DNA of 64,000 bases from an uncultured Granulosicoccaceae bacterium (lineage in GTDB: Bacteria > Pseudomonadota > Gammaproteobacteria > CALCKW01). A model generated the notes under the pieces. The model was not told the origin of the DNA, did not search any database, and saw nothing but the letters and a program-made list of their open reading frames with translations. Below, piece by piece: positions 40,011-50,270 of this stretch. A program made the position numbers and the translations under genes. The stretch covers positions 37,717 through 101,716 of the forward strand of contig CALCKW010000006.1 of NCBI GenBank assembly GCA_937965695.1, read 5' to 3'. The first letter of the stretch is position 1. The number at the start of each line of letters is the position of its first letter.

Positions 40011-40912
40011 GGTGCTGATAATCCATCTGCCAGTGAAAGCAAGGTAACTTCCCAGTCGTAGCTCAGTGGATTGATCACCAACAATTTAAGCCCTAAATGC
40101 GAGGCCACTGTTTGTGCCTGAGCGCCACCGTGTTGACTGACTACGAAACGAGCACCATTTTTACTTGCGGTTTTCTTCAAGTCGCTCATCTGTCGAATTG
40201 AAGGCAACTTACCTTCGTGTTCAACTGACAGTTGTATCAGTTTAAATTCCTGACAAAACCAACCCCAAGATGGATGGTCAGCCACAATCGTCGACGCGCT
40301 ATCTTTCAGTTTCACGGCAAGTGATTGCTGCAGCGTTTCGACACGTTCCTTGAAGGCATCCATCCGCTCAGAATAATAAGCACGTCCCGAAGGATCCAGT
40401 TGTTGCAACGCTTGGCTCGCCAAAGAGCCCATACGCAGCATCTCTCTAGGTGATGTCCAACGATGCGGGTCTTTACCATCTATCTGTGAGTGATTGTGAT
40501 GTTCGTCGGCTTGAGTGTCGTTTGGTTTTTGCGCTTCTGAAGAACGATCACCTTCTTGTCTTTGATCATCATCACTTTCGTCCAGCCATATCAACTTGTC
40601 GCTGCTGCCCAAGCGCTCACCTAAACCACGTTCAAAGGGTAACCCGACGCCAAAGTAAACATCTGCACCTTTTAGAGCCAAAAGCTGTTTTGGTGTGGGA
40701 TCAAGAGCATGAGGATCGCCATTACTAAGTAGGGTACTCACAATCACGCGTTCACCACCTATCTGGTCGAGTAAATAACGCATCGGATCGATACCTACAG
40801 ATACCTGCAACTGCGCCTGCACAGGCGATGCTAAAACAACAGAGAGGAAAAAAAAGTATCGAAGGAACAACATCGGATAGGTGCTTGATTGAAAACGCCA
40901 ACGGTAACACAA
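40007..40912 (-). CDS. znuA: Zinc ABC transporter periplasmic substrate-binding protein with His/Asp/Glu-rich loop
   Basis: Cluster-9 SBP fold with an acidic His-rich insertion (DESDDDQRQEGDRSSEAQKPNDTQADEHHNHSQIDGKDPH) typical of ZnuA. The start is uncertain; 40873 is an alternative. Confidence 0.75.
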   Translation of the reverse strand: MCYRWRFQSSTYPMLFLRYFFFLSVVLASPVQAQLQVSVGIDPMRYLLDQIGGERVIVSTLLSNGDPHALDPTPKQLLALKGADVYFGVGLPFERGLGERLGSSDKLIWLDESDDDQRQEGDRSSEAQKPNDTQADEHHNHSQIDGKDPHRWTSPREMLRMGSLASQALQQLDPSGRAYYSERMDAFKERVETLQQSLAVKLKDSASTIVADHPSWGWFCQEFKLIQLSVEHEGKLPSIRQMSDLKKTASKNGARFVVSQHGGAQAQTVASHLGLKLLVINPLSYDWEVTLLSLADGLSAP

Positions 40913-41034
40913 TAAGCCGTTATTCTGAGGCTAAAAAGCTTCGTGCTGTACCAAAACCCCTGTGATCTGCAGCACCGGCAGATGCTCTGGCATACTAAAA
41001 CCTTCAAACACCGTCGAATGTGGATTTATGGCAC

Positions 41035-41229
41035 ATGATAGATAGCAAACTTTTAGTGATATTGGCCTGCCCCGTTTCGAATGGAACACTAGTAGAAGTG
41101 GGCGAAGAGCTATGGTGCGCTAGGAGTGGTCTTGCCTTCCCGGTTGAAGATCAAATTCCAGTCCTACTTGAAGAACGAGCTCGCACTTTGTCGCTAGATG
41201 AAGTTGATTCGATTAAATCTAAATCTTAA
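41035..41229 (+). CDS. Trm112-like small protein (UPF0434/YcaR family)
   Basis: LLVILACPVSNGTLVE…AFPVEDQIPVLLEERAR matches the Trm112/YcaR zinc-ribbon-like family. Start trimmed to MIDSKLL. Confidence 0.6.
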   Translation: MIDSKLLVILACPVSNGTLVEVGEELWCARSGLAFPVEDQIPVLLEERARTLSLDEVDSIKSKS

Positions 41230-41324
41230 ACAGCGAGAGTTCTGTTGATTCAGTAATGACGAAAAAACCCGCAGGCGAATAGAGCTCTGCGGGCGTCATC
41301 AGCAAGTTAAACCGAGCTGTTAAA

Positions 41325-42011
41325 CTAGTCCCAATGCAAATCACCGACTCGCGTCGTCGATACCGCTTCTATTGTGTTGCCGTCACTATCCAACAAACGT
41401 TTAACCTGTACGTAAAGGTCTTTTGCGGCTACGCGGTTTATATCGTGTCGAGTGACATGGCGGTACGCCTTCCAACTCGACCCCTTAAAGTCAGCTGATG
41501 TGCTTACTCTTATATGCGTAGGCTCCACACCAGATACACGAGTCGCGACATCTACTGTGCCCGCGTGATGGCTATGAGATTTAACATCGATAGAAAGAAG
41601 ATCGAGTGCAGACTTTCCTTGTCCCAGATTGTGCTTTACCGGTGCTAAACAATCTGTCGAGAATTCTCGTTTGTCCAAAGCAACGTAATAAATGATGTCG
41701 AAGTTCCGTGGTGTTTGCTCACGTGCGTAGCTGCCCGAGCCATTACCCGCGACACTCAAAATGAAGTTTCGATGCGGCGTGTCACCGTACATAACCTCAC
41801 CAGCAGCGTCTGTTCGAAGAGCGCCAAAAGCTTGAGGTTGCCCCTTTAAGCCTAGACACACGGCCGCTCCACTCACGGGTTCTAAGGTCTGGGCATCAAC
41901 AACCCTGACTGTGATATTGGCTGCTACCGCAGACTGCCCCACCGCCAACAATGCTGCGGCGATGGTGCCTTGAATTCCTTTCACTAATAAACTGCGTTTG
42001 CTGTCTTGCAT
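41325..42011 (-). CDS. Hypothetical secreted protein with carboxypeptidase-regulatory-like (transthyretin-fold) N-terminal region
   Basis: Signal peptide LLAVGQSAVAANITVRVVDAQTLEPVSGAAVCL…TDAAGEV, which resembles a CarbopepD_reg-like beta-sandwich. Confidence 0.4.
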   Translation of the reverse strand: MQDSKRSLLVKGIQGTIAAALLAVGQSAVAANITVRVVDAQTLEPVSGAAVCLGLKGQPQAFGALRTDAAGEVMYGDTPHRNFILSVAGNGSGSYAREQTPRNFDIIYYVALDKREFSTDCLAPVKHNLGQGKSALDLLSIDVKSHSHHAGTVDVATRVSGVEPTHIRVSTSADFKGSSWKAYRHVTRHDINRVAAKDLYVQVKRLLDSDGNTIEAVSTTRVGDLHWD

Positions 42012-42314
42012 CTTTTTGTACCGGATAGTCGCGGGCCTGCGTTGCCCTTTGAAGTTGACCCGAAGGTAACGAACAGCGAAGAATTAGTTTGTGATTTGCA
42101 TCACACTTTAATTCTCAATTGCAACAACGACCCAAGTGCTTGATCACAAAAACGTTAGCTGTTTCATTCACTGCGTCAATCGATCTCAACTGATGCATAT
42201 TTGAAACAAGAACAACGTGTTTCTCAGTAGTTCCGAAGACATCAGATAACGTAGTAATGCACCATATTCTGATTTTAAGTTGAAAATATACTGGACATCC
42301 AACCACCTATTAAC

Positions 42315-42334
42315 TACTGTTTAACCATACAGCA
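42315..42334. promoter_or_regulatory. LexA (SOS) box, CTGT-N8-ACAG, immediately upstream of the radical-SAM gene
   Basis: TACTGTTTAACCATACAGCA read directly. It matches the gammaproteobacterial LexA operator consensus (TACTGT-N8-ACAGTA) and lies 7 to 16 bp upstream of the candidate start codons. Confidence 0.5.
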
Positions 42335-42340
42335 TTTGAG

Positions 42341-43456
42341 GTGATTGAAATGTTAGATCTCATTGAAAGCAACAAAATCCACCGAGGCCGAGGGGCAACG
42401 AGCAATGCGACCGGCCGCTTTGAGCCCTATCAAAGTGTTGCCTGCAACGATGGCTGGGAACCTCAAAATGAAACGAAGCTGCGCACCGAGTGGCTGCCTG
42501 ATCGCGCAAAGACAATCATTACCCGCAACACATCACCCGACATCCCATTTGACCGGTCTATCAACCCTTACCGAGGTTGTGAGCACGGTTGTGTTTATTG
42601 TTACGCCCGCCCAAGTCATACCTATCTTGGCCATTCTGCGGGTTTAGATTTCGAATCGCGACTCTACGCCAAACAGGATGCTGCCGCACTACTGCGACAA
42701 GAGCTGAAGAGACCTAGCTATCAGTGCAGCCCTATCGCATTGGGTGTCAACACAGACGCTTATCAACCTTTGGAGCGTAAACTAAAAATAACGCGCCAAT
42801 TGCTCGAGCTAATGGTGGAAACACGGCATCCGGTCATGCTAATCACTAAATCGGCCCTCATTGAGCGCGATCTTGATCTCCTGCAAGATTTGGCCAGTGA
42901 GAACTTAGTTTCAGTAAGCATCAGCTTGACGTCTTTAGATCCCAAGCTTTCGAGCCAATTAGAGCCCAGAGCAGCGTCTCCTCGACGAAGGCTTCGCTCT
43001 TTGGAAACACTCAGTAACGCTGGGATACCGACCCGTTTGTCTTTGGCCCCAGTCATTCCTGGTCTCAATGAGAATGTTTTAGAGGCCATCGTGCGTGAGG
43101 CTGCAGATGCTGGTGCCAGCAGTGCAAACTATTTACTGCTTCGTTTGCCGCTTGAGGTGCAGCAATTATTCATTGACTGGTTACAGCAACATTACCCACT
43201 GCGAGCAAATCGAATTTTGAATGCTATTGCTGATTGTCGGGGTCAATCCGTAATACCTGAAGGTGACAAACGAAAACTGAACGACAGTCGTTTTGGTCAT
43301 CGAATGCGAGGAAAAGGCCCTCGAGCTGCCTTAATTCACCAGCGATTTAATCACGCCTGCAGAAAATATGGCTTACAAGCAGACGAAAGGCATTTGGCTC
43401 TAAATGCTCAAAGCTTTAGGCGACCTAGTGACGAGAGGCAACTTGCTTTAATCTAA
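42341..43456 (+). CDS. Radical SAM protein of the DNA-repair photolyase / SplB-like PA0069 family (COG1533)
   Basis: CxxxCxxC radical-SAM motif in RGCEHGCVYCYARPSHTYLG. About 370 aa. The ATG at 42350 may be the true start. Confidence 0.75.
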   Translation: MIEMLDLIESNKIHRGRGATSNATGRFEPYQSVACNDGWEPQNETKLRTEWLPDRAKTIITRNTSPDIPFDRSINPYRGCEHGCVYCYARPSHTYLGHSAGLDFESRLYAKQDAAALLRQELKRPSYQCSPIALGVNTDAYQPLERKLKITRQLLELMVETRHPVMLITKSALIERDLDLLQDLASENLVSVSISLTSLDPKLSSQLEPRAASPRRRLRSLETLSNAGIPTRLSLAPVIPGLNENVLEAIVREAADAGASSANYLLLRLPLEVQQLFIDWLQQHYPLRANRILNAIADCRGQSVIPEGDKRKLNDSRFGHRMRGKGPRAALIHQRFNHACRKYGLQADERHLALNAQSFRRPSDERQLALI

Positions 43457-43572
43457 ATAAAATTGTGGGAAGAATTATTTATTTATATATTTCAATATCT
43501 TACAGGTTTTCCTACAACTATTTTCTACAGTTAATTTTTACTAGACCACCCGTTTTATCCCCTGTTGAGCTT

Positions 43573-43605
43573 GCGTGATTCCTATCTGGAATCACGCTTT
43601 TTTAC
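43573..43605 (+). terminator. Rho-independent terminator after the radical-SAM gene
   Basis: GCGTGATTCC-tatct-GGAATCACGC is a perfect 10-bp stem, followed by TTTTTT. Confidence 0.55.
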
Positions 43606-43721
43606 ATGAAAAGCATTAAATTGATGATAATTTTTAAAATTATTGCTGTTGTTTCTTGAGATTACGCATACACTAGTCACCGCAGATAACTGCGAAAACA
43701 CAAAAAAGAGTTTAGTAAAAA

Positions 43722-43928
43722 ATGAGTAAAGGTACAGTCAAGTGGTTCAACGCCGACAAAGGCTTTGGTTTCATCGCTCCAGAAGATGGCGGTAAAGACC
43801 TCTTTGTCCACCATTCAGAAATCAAGAATGGCGGCGGCTTCGCAACCTTGAACGACGGTCAAGAAGTTGAATACGTCGAAGGTGAAGGCCAGAAAGGGCC
43901 CTGCGCAACCAACGTTGTGGCTGTCTAA
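43722..43928 (+). CDS. cspA: Cold-shock protein, CspA family
   Basis: 68 aa. [18 protein letters not shown]…DLFVHHSEI has the RNP1 and RNP2 motifs. Preceded by a long AT-rich 5' region. Confidence 0.9.
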   Translation: MSKGTVKWFNADKGFGFIAPEDGGKDLFVHHSEIKNGGGFATLNDGQEVEYVEGEGQKGPCATNVVAV

Positions 43929-43964
43929 TTTAGTCGGTCTAACTGACTAGAATAAAGACACAGG

Positions 43965-43999
43965 AAGCAGCGATGCCATAAGCATCGCTGCTTTTTTTT
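43965..43999 (+). terminator. Rho-independent terminator after the cold-shock gene
   Basis: GCAGCGATGC-cataa-GCATCGCTGC stem followed by T8. Confidence 0.7.
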
Positions 44000-44050
44000 G
44001 TGCTCAACGAAAATACCTCTTTTACATTGTCGTCTAGCACATCAAACTGC

Positions 44051-44725
44051 TCAACCAGCCTTCCGCATTCCAGCTGCCGCTATCCAGCGGTGACCCACTT
44101 TTGCAAAACGCCCAAACCAGCATCCCTCCAAAATAAGAGCAGAGCCATCCTCTGAAAATAACTGCGCCCCGTAGCTGCCATCTCGATGGTCAATGTGTAG
44201 TTCAGATTGCGAGAAATCCATCCATGATCCAACTTGAGGATAAATAGCTTTAAACAGCGCTTCTTTTAGACAGAAGATCAACTTTGCGCGCTGGCCAAGC
44301 GTTTCATCTGCATTCAAATCGTCTAGATCTTGGCCTCTACAGACACTTGAGATTAAGTTGGATTCAAGCGAATCTGCATCGCAAATGTCGATGCCCAACC
44401 CTATCCAGTGCTCTTCGGAAGCGGCGGCCGCTGCGGCATCAGATTTGTCATGACTAATACTGATGCAAGCTCCAGCAGGTGGCAGTGGCTGTCGATGTTG
44501 GCCAATTAAAATATCTTTTGTTGGCAGCTGTAATTGGTTAAGGGCTTGTCGCGCCGCTGTTCGGCCGGCGGAAAATTCAGCGGTGCGGCTGGGTGCTGCC
44601 TTCCCTAGCGCTAGCAATTCCAACTCTGATGCACTAGCCAAAGGGTCAGATATGGATAGCGCGGCTACCTGTACATCATCGCCAAAGAGCTGACTGAATG
44701 CTTGCCCTAGCAGTTGAGCGCTCAC
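44051..44725 (-). CDS. 4'-phosphopantetheinyl transferase (Sfp/EntD family)
   Basis: 224 aa. GIDI…D motif region with C-terminal FCLKEALFKA (the (F/W)xxKE(A/S)xxK PPTase motif). Confidence 0.6.
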   Translation of the reverse strand: MSAQLLGQAFSQLFGDDVQVAALSISDPLASASELELLALGKAAPSRTAEFSAGRTAARQALNQLQLPTKDILIGQHRQPLPPAGACISISHDKSDAAAAAASEEHWIGLGIDICDADSLESNLISSVCRGQDLDDLNADETLGQRAKLIFCLKEALFKAIYPQVGSWMDFSQSELHIDHRDGSYGAQLFSEDGSALILEGCWFGRFAKVGHRWIAAAGMRKAG

Positions 44726-44962
44726 TTAACCTTTACTCCAATTTGTTTTGCTTAAAAAAGCCTACAGAGACAGTATTTGAGTAATACATCTCTTTCAATA
44801 GTGCACGAATCACCTCATTTGTTTAAACGCAGGCATTTGCCTTGCATAGAGAGTAAACAACGGAGTTTTTCATGATTACTCCGGGCAATTGTCGTACACG
44901 AACTGAACACAACTTTAATCATTTGGCAGCTGTAACCAATTGGAGCCCAAACCTGCGACCCT

Positions 44963-45382
44963 ATGGAACGTTTAATTGAACATGCTTTAACTAACTTTGC
45001 AGACTACCCAATAGTGCTGCTGGTTCTCTATGCGTTCACTTTTTACTTTCCACGAAAAGCTTCGTATTTTTACGGATCGATTTTGTGCCTTCTAATCGCA
45101 TATGGCCTTTACCGGTTTAATGCCAGATTTGAAACAGAGCTTCATGCTTGGCTGACCACGACAAATATGGGCGGTTGGTTTTATTCTTTTTTTGATGCCC
45201 AAGTACCAGAAGATGCTAGAGATGAAGCTGAGAAAGCATTCACCTCTGGCATCTATTTTATGCTTAAACTGGGAGTCATTATGACACTCGTTATAGTGCC
45301 ACTTACCGCCAAATCGCGGGTCAAGGAAGCTATCAGTAACATTGGTCGTCGCCCTGCTAAAGACGCTCCACCAACCATCTAA
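44963..45382 (+). CDS. Hypothetical membrane protein
   Basis: 139 aa with three predicted TM helices. No motif recognised. Confidence 0.4.
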   Translation: MERLIEHALTNFADYPIVLLVLYAFTFYFPRKASYFYGSILCLLIAYGLYRFNARFETELHAWLTTTNMGGWFYSFFDAQVPEDARDEAEKAFTSGIYFMLKLGVIMTLVIVPLTAKSRVKEAISNIGRRPAKDAPPTI

Positions 45383-45411
45383 AGATGTAACGCCTAATCA
45401 GCAGACATCTA

Positions 45412-46746
45412 TCACGGATCTAAGCGCACATTTTCAGCCTCAATCAATAACGTTGTCGAAGTGCTGTGCGCAGTATCAACGGCTAATAGCTGACAGCTCC
45501 CTGCTTGGACGGCGTTGACCCTTGCAGTTGCCCCGGCGCTTGCTTTCAATACACACCCCTCACCACTGACGCTCCAACTATAAATACTGAGGTTCTGTCC
45601 ACTCCAACGCGTTTCGGCGATGTAGCTTTCAGTTTGCCCCACATTGATAGAACGAGGGCCTGAAATGCTCACAGTCGCTCGCACTTCGCTAAAATTATAA
45701 GCATTGAAAGTATGCGTCAGCTCGCCGGTTGCCGCATTTGAATTGGAGTTATTGACGACCCGCAATTGGAATTCATGATCACTGTTAGAAATTCCTCCTT
45801 CTGCGCGGCGCTTCGGCGAGGCATAATTGAGGTTGTACAAGCTGCCAAGCCAACGTTCCAACCTGAGTTGAATAGCCTGTAAAGCTTGAAACAAGGCATC
45901 ATAGCTAGCTGCGCTCTCCGAGCCTTCATTCCCTAGAGCAGCGAGTGCATTTGCGTCGACGTCTTGGCCAACTCCCACGGTAAACACAGCGACGTCTTCT
46001 ATAGCTGCAAGCGCTTGGGCTTGGCTGACTCGATTAGCCGTATCTCGACCATCTGTCACAACAATGATAGCGCCCTCAACAATATCGTTGACGCTATAGC
46101 GGTTGTTTATATCGTTGGCCACATACTGAACAGCCCCAAAGAGATCAGTGGACAAGGTGCCTGAGGTACGCACGGAGTCCAACGCTAAATTCAGCACCGC
46201 CTCGTCATCGGTAAAGCTCACGACCCGACGAACAGTACTATCAAATGTGTAAAGGGCTACCCGCTGACGCGACAACAATCCAGTGCTGCTGCCGCTGTTG
46301 GCAATCAATCCACGCACTGCAGTGATCATCTGAGCCAACTCTTGCGCGTCTATACTGGCACTGATGTCCATCACGATAGCGGTCTGCAACACGTAGGGCA
46401 GAGAGTCTTCCGGCAGGAGCGCCTGTAAGGATTCATCAGCGGAGACCGCCGCGCCGTCTTCGAGAATCTGCAAATCAGACAGATACAACGTGTCCAGTGG
46501 CTCACCGCGCTGGTCTCTGGCACGGAACAATAGATTGACGACGGAGTTATCTGCATAGCTGAAGTCTAGGCTTTCAAACGCGACGTAGGCACCATCACCT
46601 TCTGGCAGAGCACCACCAGAGCCTGCATCGCCGCTTCCATCATTACTCAAGCTATTGCCATTACTGGCAGTATCAGTGATGCCGTTGCCGCAAGCGACAA
46701 GCACTGTGCTTAAGGAAATAAACAAAAACAGCCGAATCAGCGTCAT
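45412..46746 (-). CDS. von Willebrand factor A (VWA) domain lipoprotein
   Basis: Lipobox LVAC-G after the signal peptide. Central VWA-like region with MIDAS-type DxSxS context (IVMDISASID). C-terminal Ig-like (BIG-2-like) region. Confidence 0.55.
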   Translation of the reverse strand: MTLIRLFLFISLSTVLVACGNGITDTASNGNSLSNDGSGDAGSGGALPEGDGAYVAFESLDFSYADNSVVNLLFRARDQRGEPLDTLYLSDLQILEDGAAVSADESLQALLPEDSLPYVLQTAIVMDISASIDAQELAQMITAVRGLIANSGSSTGLLSRQRVALYTFDSTVRRVVSFTDDEAVLNLALDSVRTSGTLSTDLFGAVQYVANDINNRYSVNDIVEGAIIVVTDGRDTANRVSQAQALAAIEDVAVFTVGVGQDVDANALAALGNEGSESAASYDALFQALQAIQLRLERWLGSLYNLNYASPKRRAEGGISNSDHEFQLRVVNNSNSNAATGELTHTFNAYNFSEVRATVSISGPRSINVGQTESYIAETRWSGQNLSIYSWSVSGEGCVLKASAGATARVNAVQAGSCQLLAVDTAHSTSTTLLIEAENVRLDP

Positions 46747-46833
46747 GAGAGGAGCATCAAAAAAGGGAACATACCCACAAAGAATTTAGCCCAAACCAGC
46801 AGAAACGCCAGTATTCCGACACAAATGCTTTGC

Positions 46834-47382
46834 TTAATCGCTTGATAACCACTGTTGAGCGAGTACCAGAGCCGCCATACTTCGTGCTTCGCTGAAGTCT
46901 TCCCGAGCAAAAAGCGCAGGTAACTCAGTCATCGACCAACGGACTAATTCCAATGGCTCTGGCTCGTCCCCTTCAGCACTTTGTTTAAAGAGATCAGTGC
47001 CCAGAACTAAATGCGTGCGATGATTGAAGTACCCAGGGGCCACGGCCATTACTTTCATCAGTTGCAAAGACTTTGCACCGTAACCAACTTCTTCCATCAG
47101 CTCACGATTAGCTGCCGCCAATACCTCTTCACCGGGGTCAATGGCTCCCTTGGGCAGAACCAATTCATAGCGATCTGTGCCTACTTGATACTCGCGTATG
47201 AGTAACACTTCATTGTTTTCAATAGCCGCCACACACACAGCGCCGGCAAGCTGGGTACAAACTCTTTCATACTGGGCAGTCTCGCCGTTGTGAAACAATA
47301 GATCCACTGCTTGTATTTCAAACAGACGAGAGGTGGCAACTTGTGTGACACCAGTAATTCTAGGTTTGTTTGGCATGGGCAT
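46834..47382 (-). CDS. NUDIX hydrolase (ADP-ribose pyrophosphatase-like)
   Basis: Nudix box GAIDPGEEVLAAANRELMEEVGY. Confidence 0.75.
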   Translation of the reverse strand: MPMPNKPRITGVTQVATSRLFEIQAVDLLFHNGETAQYERVCTQLAGAVCVAAIENNEVLLIREYQVGTDRYELVLPKGAIDPGEEVLAAANRELMEEVGYGAKSLQLMKVMAVAPGYFNHRTHLVLGTDLFKQSAEGDEPEPLELVRWSMTELPALFAREDFSEARSMAALVLAQQWLSSD

Positions 47383-47480
47383 ATTTCGCAGCTATTAACA
47401 CAGTGCCATCATACAAGTGAAAAGCAAAAGCAGAAAATAACAATCGCTCAATGCACTGAGATTTAGATCCTTCGAAAAAT

Positions 47481-49103
47481 TTACAGACTGATGTGCTCAC
47501 TACTTTGCCGTTCAAAGGCCGCTTGCATCAATCGTATCGTGTAGGAACTTTTTGGTTTGGCGAAAATTTGCTCTGCATCGCCTTGCTCGACGACGTTACC
47601 TGCTCGCATCACCATCAACTTATGGCTGATCGCTCGCACGACTTTTAAGTCGTGGCTAATGAATATATAACTGATTCCACGCTCACGCTGCAGCTTTAGC
47701 AACAGCGCCAACACTTGCGACTGAATGGATCGATCGAGTGCTGAAGTGGGTTCGTCCAGTACAATCAGCTTGGGCTCTAGCACAATGGCTCGAGCTATCG
47801 CGATTCGTTGGCGTTGACCACCGGAAAATTCATGCGGATAACGATCACGAACATCTGGATCTATTTCTACGTCTTCGAGCGCGCGGGTAACTTTCGCTTT
47901 CACTTCGTCATCAGACAATTCTGATTGATGCACCCCGAGACCCTCACCCACCAGTTGTTCCACCGTCAATCTGGGGCTTAAGGAACCAAATGGATCTTGG
48001 AAAACCAATTGCATATCAGCACGCAAAGTCCGCAGCTTCCTTTGTTTCCAGCCTTGTATATTATCGTTCTGCCAAGAGATTGAGCCCTCACTACTAATCA
48101 GCCGCAGAACAGCCTGTGCAAGTGTGCTTTTGCCTGAGCCACTCTCCCCAACGACGCCAAGTGTCTCACCCTCTCGCAGTTGAAAACTGACTCCGTCGAC
48201 CGCTTTAACAACGGCCACGGTGCGCTTAAACAATCCACCTTTCACGGGAAAGTGAACAAGCAGATCTTTAACCTCCAATTGCAACGGAGCACCCTCCGCT
48301 ACTGGCGCGGGTAAACCTTCAGGTTCAGCATCTAACAAGTGGCGAGTGTATTCGTGTTGAGGATCATTAAAAATTTGTTCACAGCGACCAGTTTCGACTA
48401 TTTCCCCACGTCGCATAACGCAAACACGATCAGCCATGCGTCGAACCACACCTAGATCATGCGTGATCAATATCAAGGCCATACCCATCCGCTGCTGGAG
48501 TTCTAACAATAGATCCAGAATTTGCACCTCGACCGTGACATCCAGCGCCGTGGTGGGCTCGTCAGCGATTAACAGCTCGGGCTCATTGGCCAGTGCCATA
48601 GCAATCATGACCCGCTGACGTTGTCCGCCTGAGAGCTCATGGGGGTAACTGCCCAGTCGTGATTCAGCATCACGAATGCCCACAAGGTTCAGCAACTCGA
48701 GAACTCGGGCTTTAGCCGGCGAACCGCTGATACCTTTGTGAATCTTAAGTACTTCACCAATTTGGCGTTCAATACTGTGCAGCGGATTAAGCGAAGTCAT
48801 CGGTTCTTGGAATATCATCCCAATCCCTTCGCCACGCAACTGGCGCATGCGATTTTCAGTCGCCTCGAGAATCTGTTCGCCCTTAAACAGAATCTGGCCA
48901 CCGGGGTGTGAGGCAGCCGGATAAGGCAGCAAGCGCATAATCGACCTTGCCGTCACTGATTTGCCGGAACCACTTTCACCAACGAGTGCCAGCGTTTCAC
49001 TGGCCGCTATATCAAAATTCACCCCTCTGACGACTTCAGAAACCGCGCCTCCGTTGATAAAGGCAACACGCAGATCTTTAACTTCAACGATGGGCGAGCT
49101 CAT
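47481..49103 (-). CDS. yejF: Fused double-ATPase ABC transporter subunit (peptide/microcin-C type)
   Basis: 540 aa with two complete Walker A / signature / Walker B cassettes. Downstream of the two permease genes. Confidence 0.8.
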   Translation of the reverse strand: MSSPIVEVKDLRVAFINGGAVSEVVRGVNFDIAASETLALVGESGSGKSVTARSIMRLLPYPAASHPGGQILFKGEQILEATENRMRQLRGEGIGMIFQEPMTSLNPLHSIERQIGEVLKIHKGISGSPAKARVLELLNLVGIRDAESRLGSYPHELSGGQRQRVMIAMALANEPELLIADEPTTALDVTVEVQILDLLLELQQRMGMALILITHDLGVVRRMADRVCVMRRGEIVETGRCEQIFNDPQHEYTRHLLDAEPEGLPAPVAEGAPLQLEVKDLLVHFPVKGGLFKRTVAVVKAVDGVSFQLREGETLGVVGESGSGKSTLAQAVLRLISSEGSISWQNDNIQGWKQRKLRTLRADMQLVFQDPFGSLSPRLTVEQLVGEGLGVHQSELSDDEVKAKVTRALEDVEIDPDVRDRYPHEFSGGQRQRIAIARAIVLEPKLIVLDEPTSALDRSIQSQVLALLLKLQRERGISYIFISHDLKVVRAISHKLMVMRAGNVVEQGDAEQIFAKPKSSYTIRLMQAAFERQSSEHISL

Positions 49104-49233
49104 TGTTTAGTCTCAATAAGTACGGCTATTGTCTTACTGAGCTTATAGAAATTCTGTTCGGCAGCACATTTATAAACATCTATTCGTTTAGGCAGCGAGG
49201 TAAAAGATTGAATAGGATCAAAGACCACTGACA

Positions 49234-50268
49234 TCACACACCCTGCCCAAACGTTTTTCGAGGGTCAAAAGCGTCTCTCACCGCTTCGCCTACAAACACC
49301 AATAGACTTAGCATTAAGGAAATCACAAAAAAACCTGTGAGTCCCAACCAAGGTGCCTGCACATTGTTTTTCCCCTGTTGCAACAACTCACCCAGCGATG
49401 GAGAACCAGGCGGTAAGCCAAAGCCCAAAAAATCCAGGCTGGTGAGTGTGGCCACTGACCCACTCAGAATAAAAGGCAAAAAAGTCAGCGTGGCGACCAT
49501 GGCATTCGGCAGAACATGGCGCCACATAATCTGTGTGTCAGATACGCCTAAAGCTCGTGCGGCCTTGATGTAATCGAAATTGCGAACACGCAAAAATTCG
49601 GCTCTCACCACTCCTACCAAAGCTGTCCACTGCACAAACACCATGATCGTCAATAAGGACCAAAACCCTGGCTCGATCACAGTGGCGAGAATGATCAATA
49701 CATACAATACGGGCAGGCCCTGCCAAACCTCGACAAAGCGCTGTCCTAATAAATCCACTCGTCCACCAAAATACCCTTGAAGAGCTCCCGCTAGGACACC
49801 AATCAGAGTGCTTGCAACAGTCAGGGCTAAGCCAAAAAGCACAGAAATACGGAAACCGTAAATCGCTCGGGCCAAGACATCCCTGTTCTGATCGTCGGTG
49901 CCCAACCAGTGACGCGCGTCTGGTGCGGCAGGCGGCGGGTCAATAGCTTCGTAGTCGATAGTTTTATAACTGAACGGAATTGGCGGAAATAACATCCAAC
50001 CCTCAGCATTAATGAGGTCGGCGACAAACGGATCACGGTAATCCGCCTCGGATTCAAACTCGCCGCCAAAGGTCGTCTCTGTATAAACCTTCCAAGCAGG
50101 CACGTAATACTCGCCTTTGTAGCTCAACAATAGCGGCTTCTCATTGGCGATCAACTCAGCACCAAGGCTGATAAAAAAAAGAAAAAGGAAAATCCACCAA
50201 GAACGATAACCGCGTTTGTGAGATTTAAATACTTGCCATCGTCGCCGGTTCAGCGGTGAGAGAAACAC
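49234..50268 (-). CDS. yejE: ABC transporter permease (Opp/Dpp-C-like)
   Basis: 344 aa. Long periplasmic loop after TM1, then the permease core with an EAA-like motif (IKAARALGVSDTQIMWRHVLPNA). Confidence 0.75.
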   Translation of the reverse strand: MFLSPLNRRRWQVFKSHKRGYRSWWIFLFLFFISLGAELIANEKPLLLSYKGEYYVPAWKVYTETTFGGEFESEADYRDPFVADLINAEGWMLFPPIPFSYKTIDYEAIDPPPAAPDARHWLGTDDQNRDVLARAIYGFRISVLFGLALTVASTLIGVLAGALQGYFGGRVDLLGQRFVEVWQGLPVLYVLIILATVIEPGFWSLLTIMVFVQWTALVGVVRAEFLRVRNFDYIKAARALGVSDTQIMWRHVLPNAMVATLTFLPFILSGSVATLTSLDFLGFGLPPGSPSLGELLQQGKNNVQAPWLGLTGFFVISLMLSLLVFVGEAVRDAFDPRKTFGQGV

Positions 50269-50270
50269 GA

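Noticed and set aside
40913-41019. Possible Zur box or other dyads (AACGG-N12-CCGTT; ATCTGC-N7-GCAGAT) upstream of znuA
   Set aside because: The dyads are short, and none matches the Zur consensus (GTTATAwTATAAC-like) well enough to call from sequence alone.
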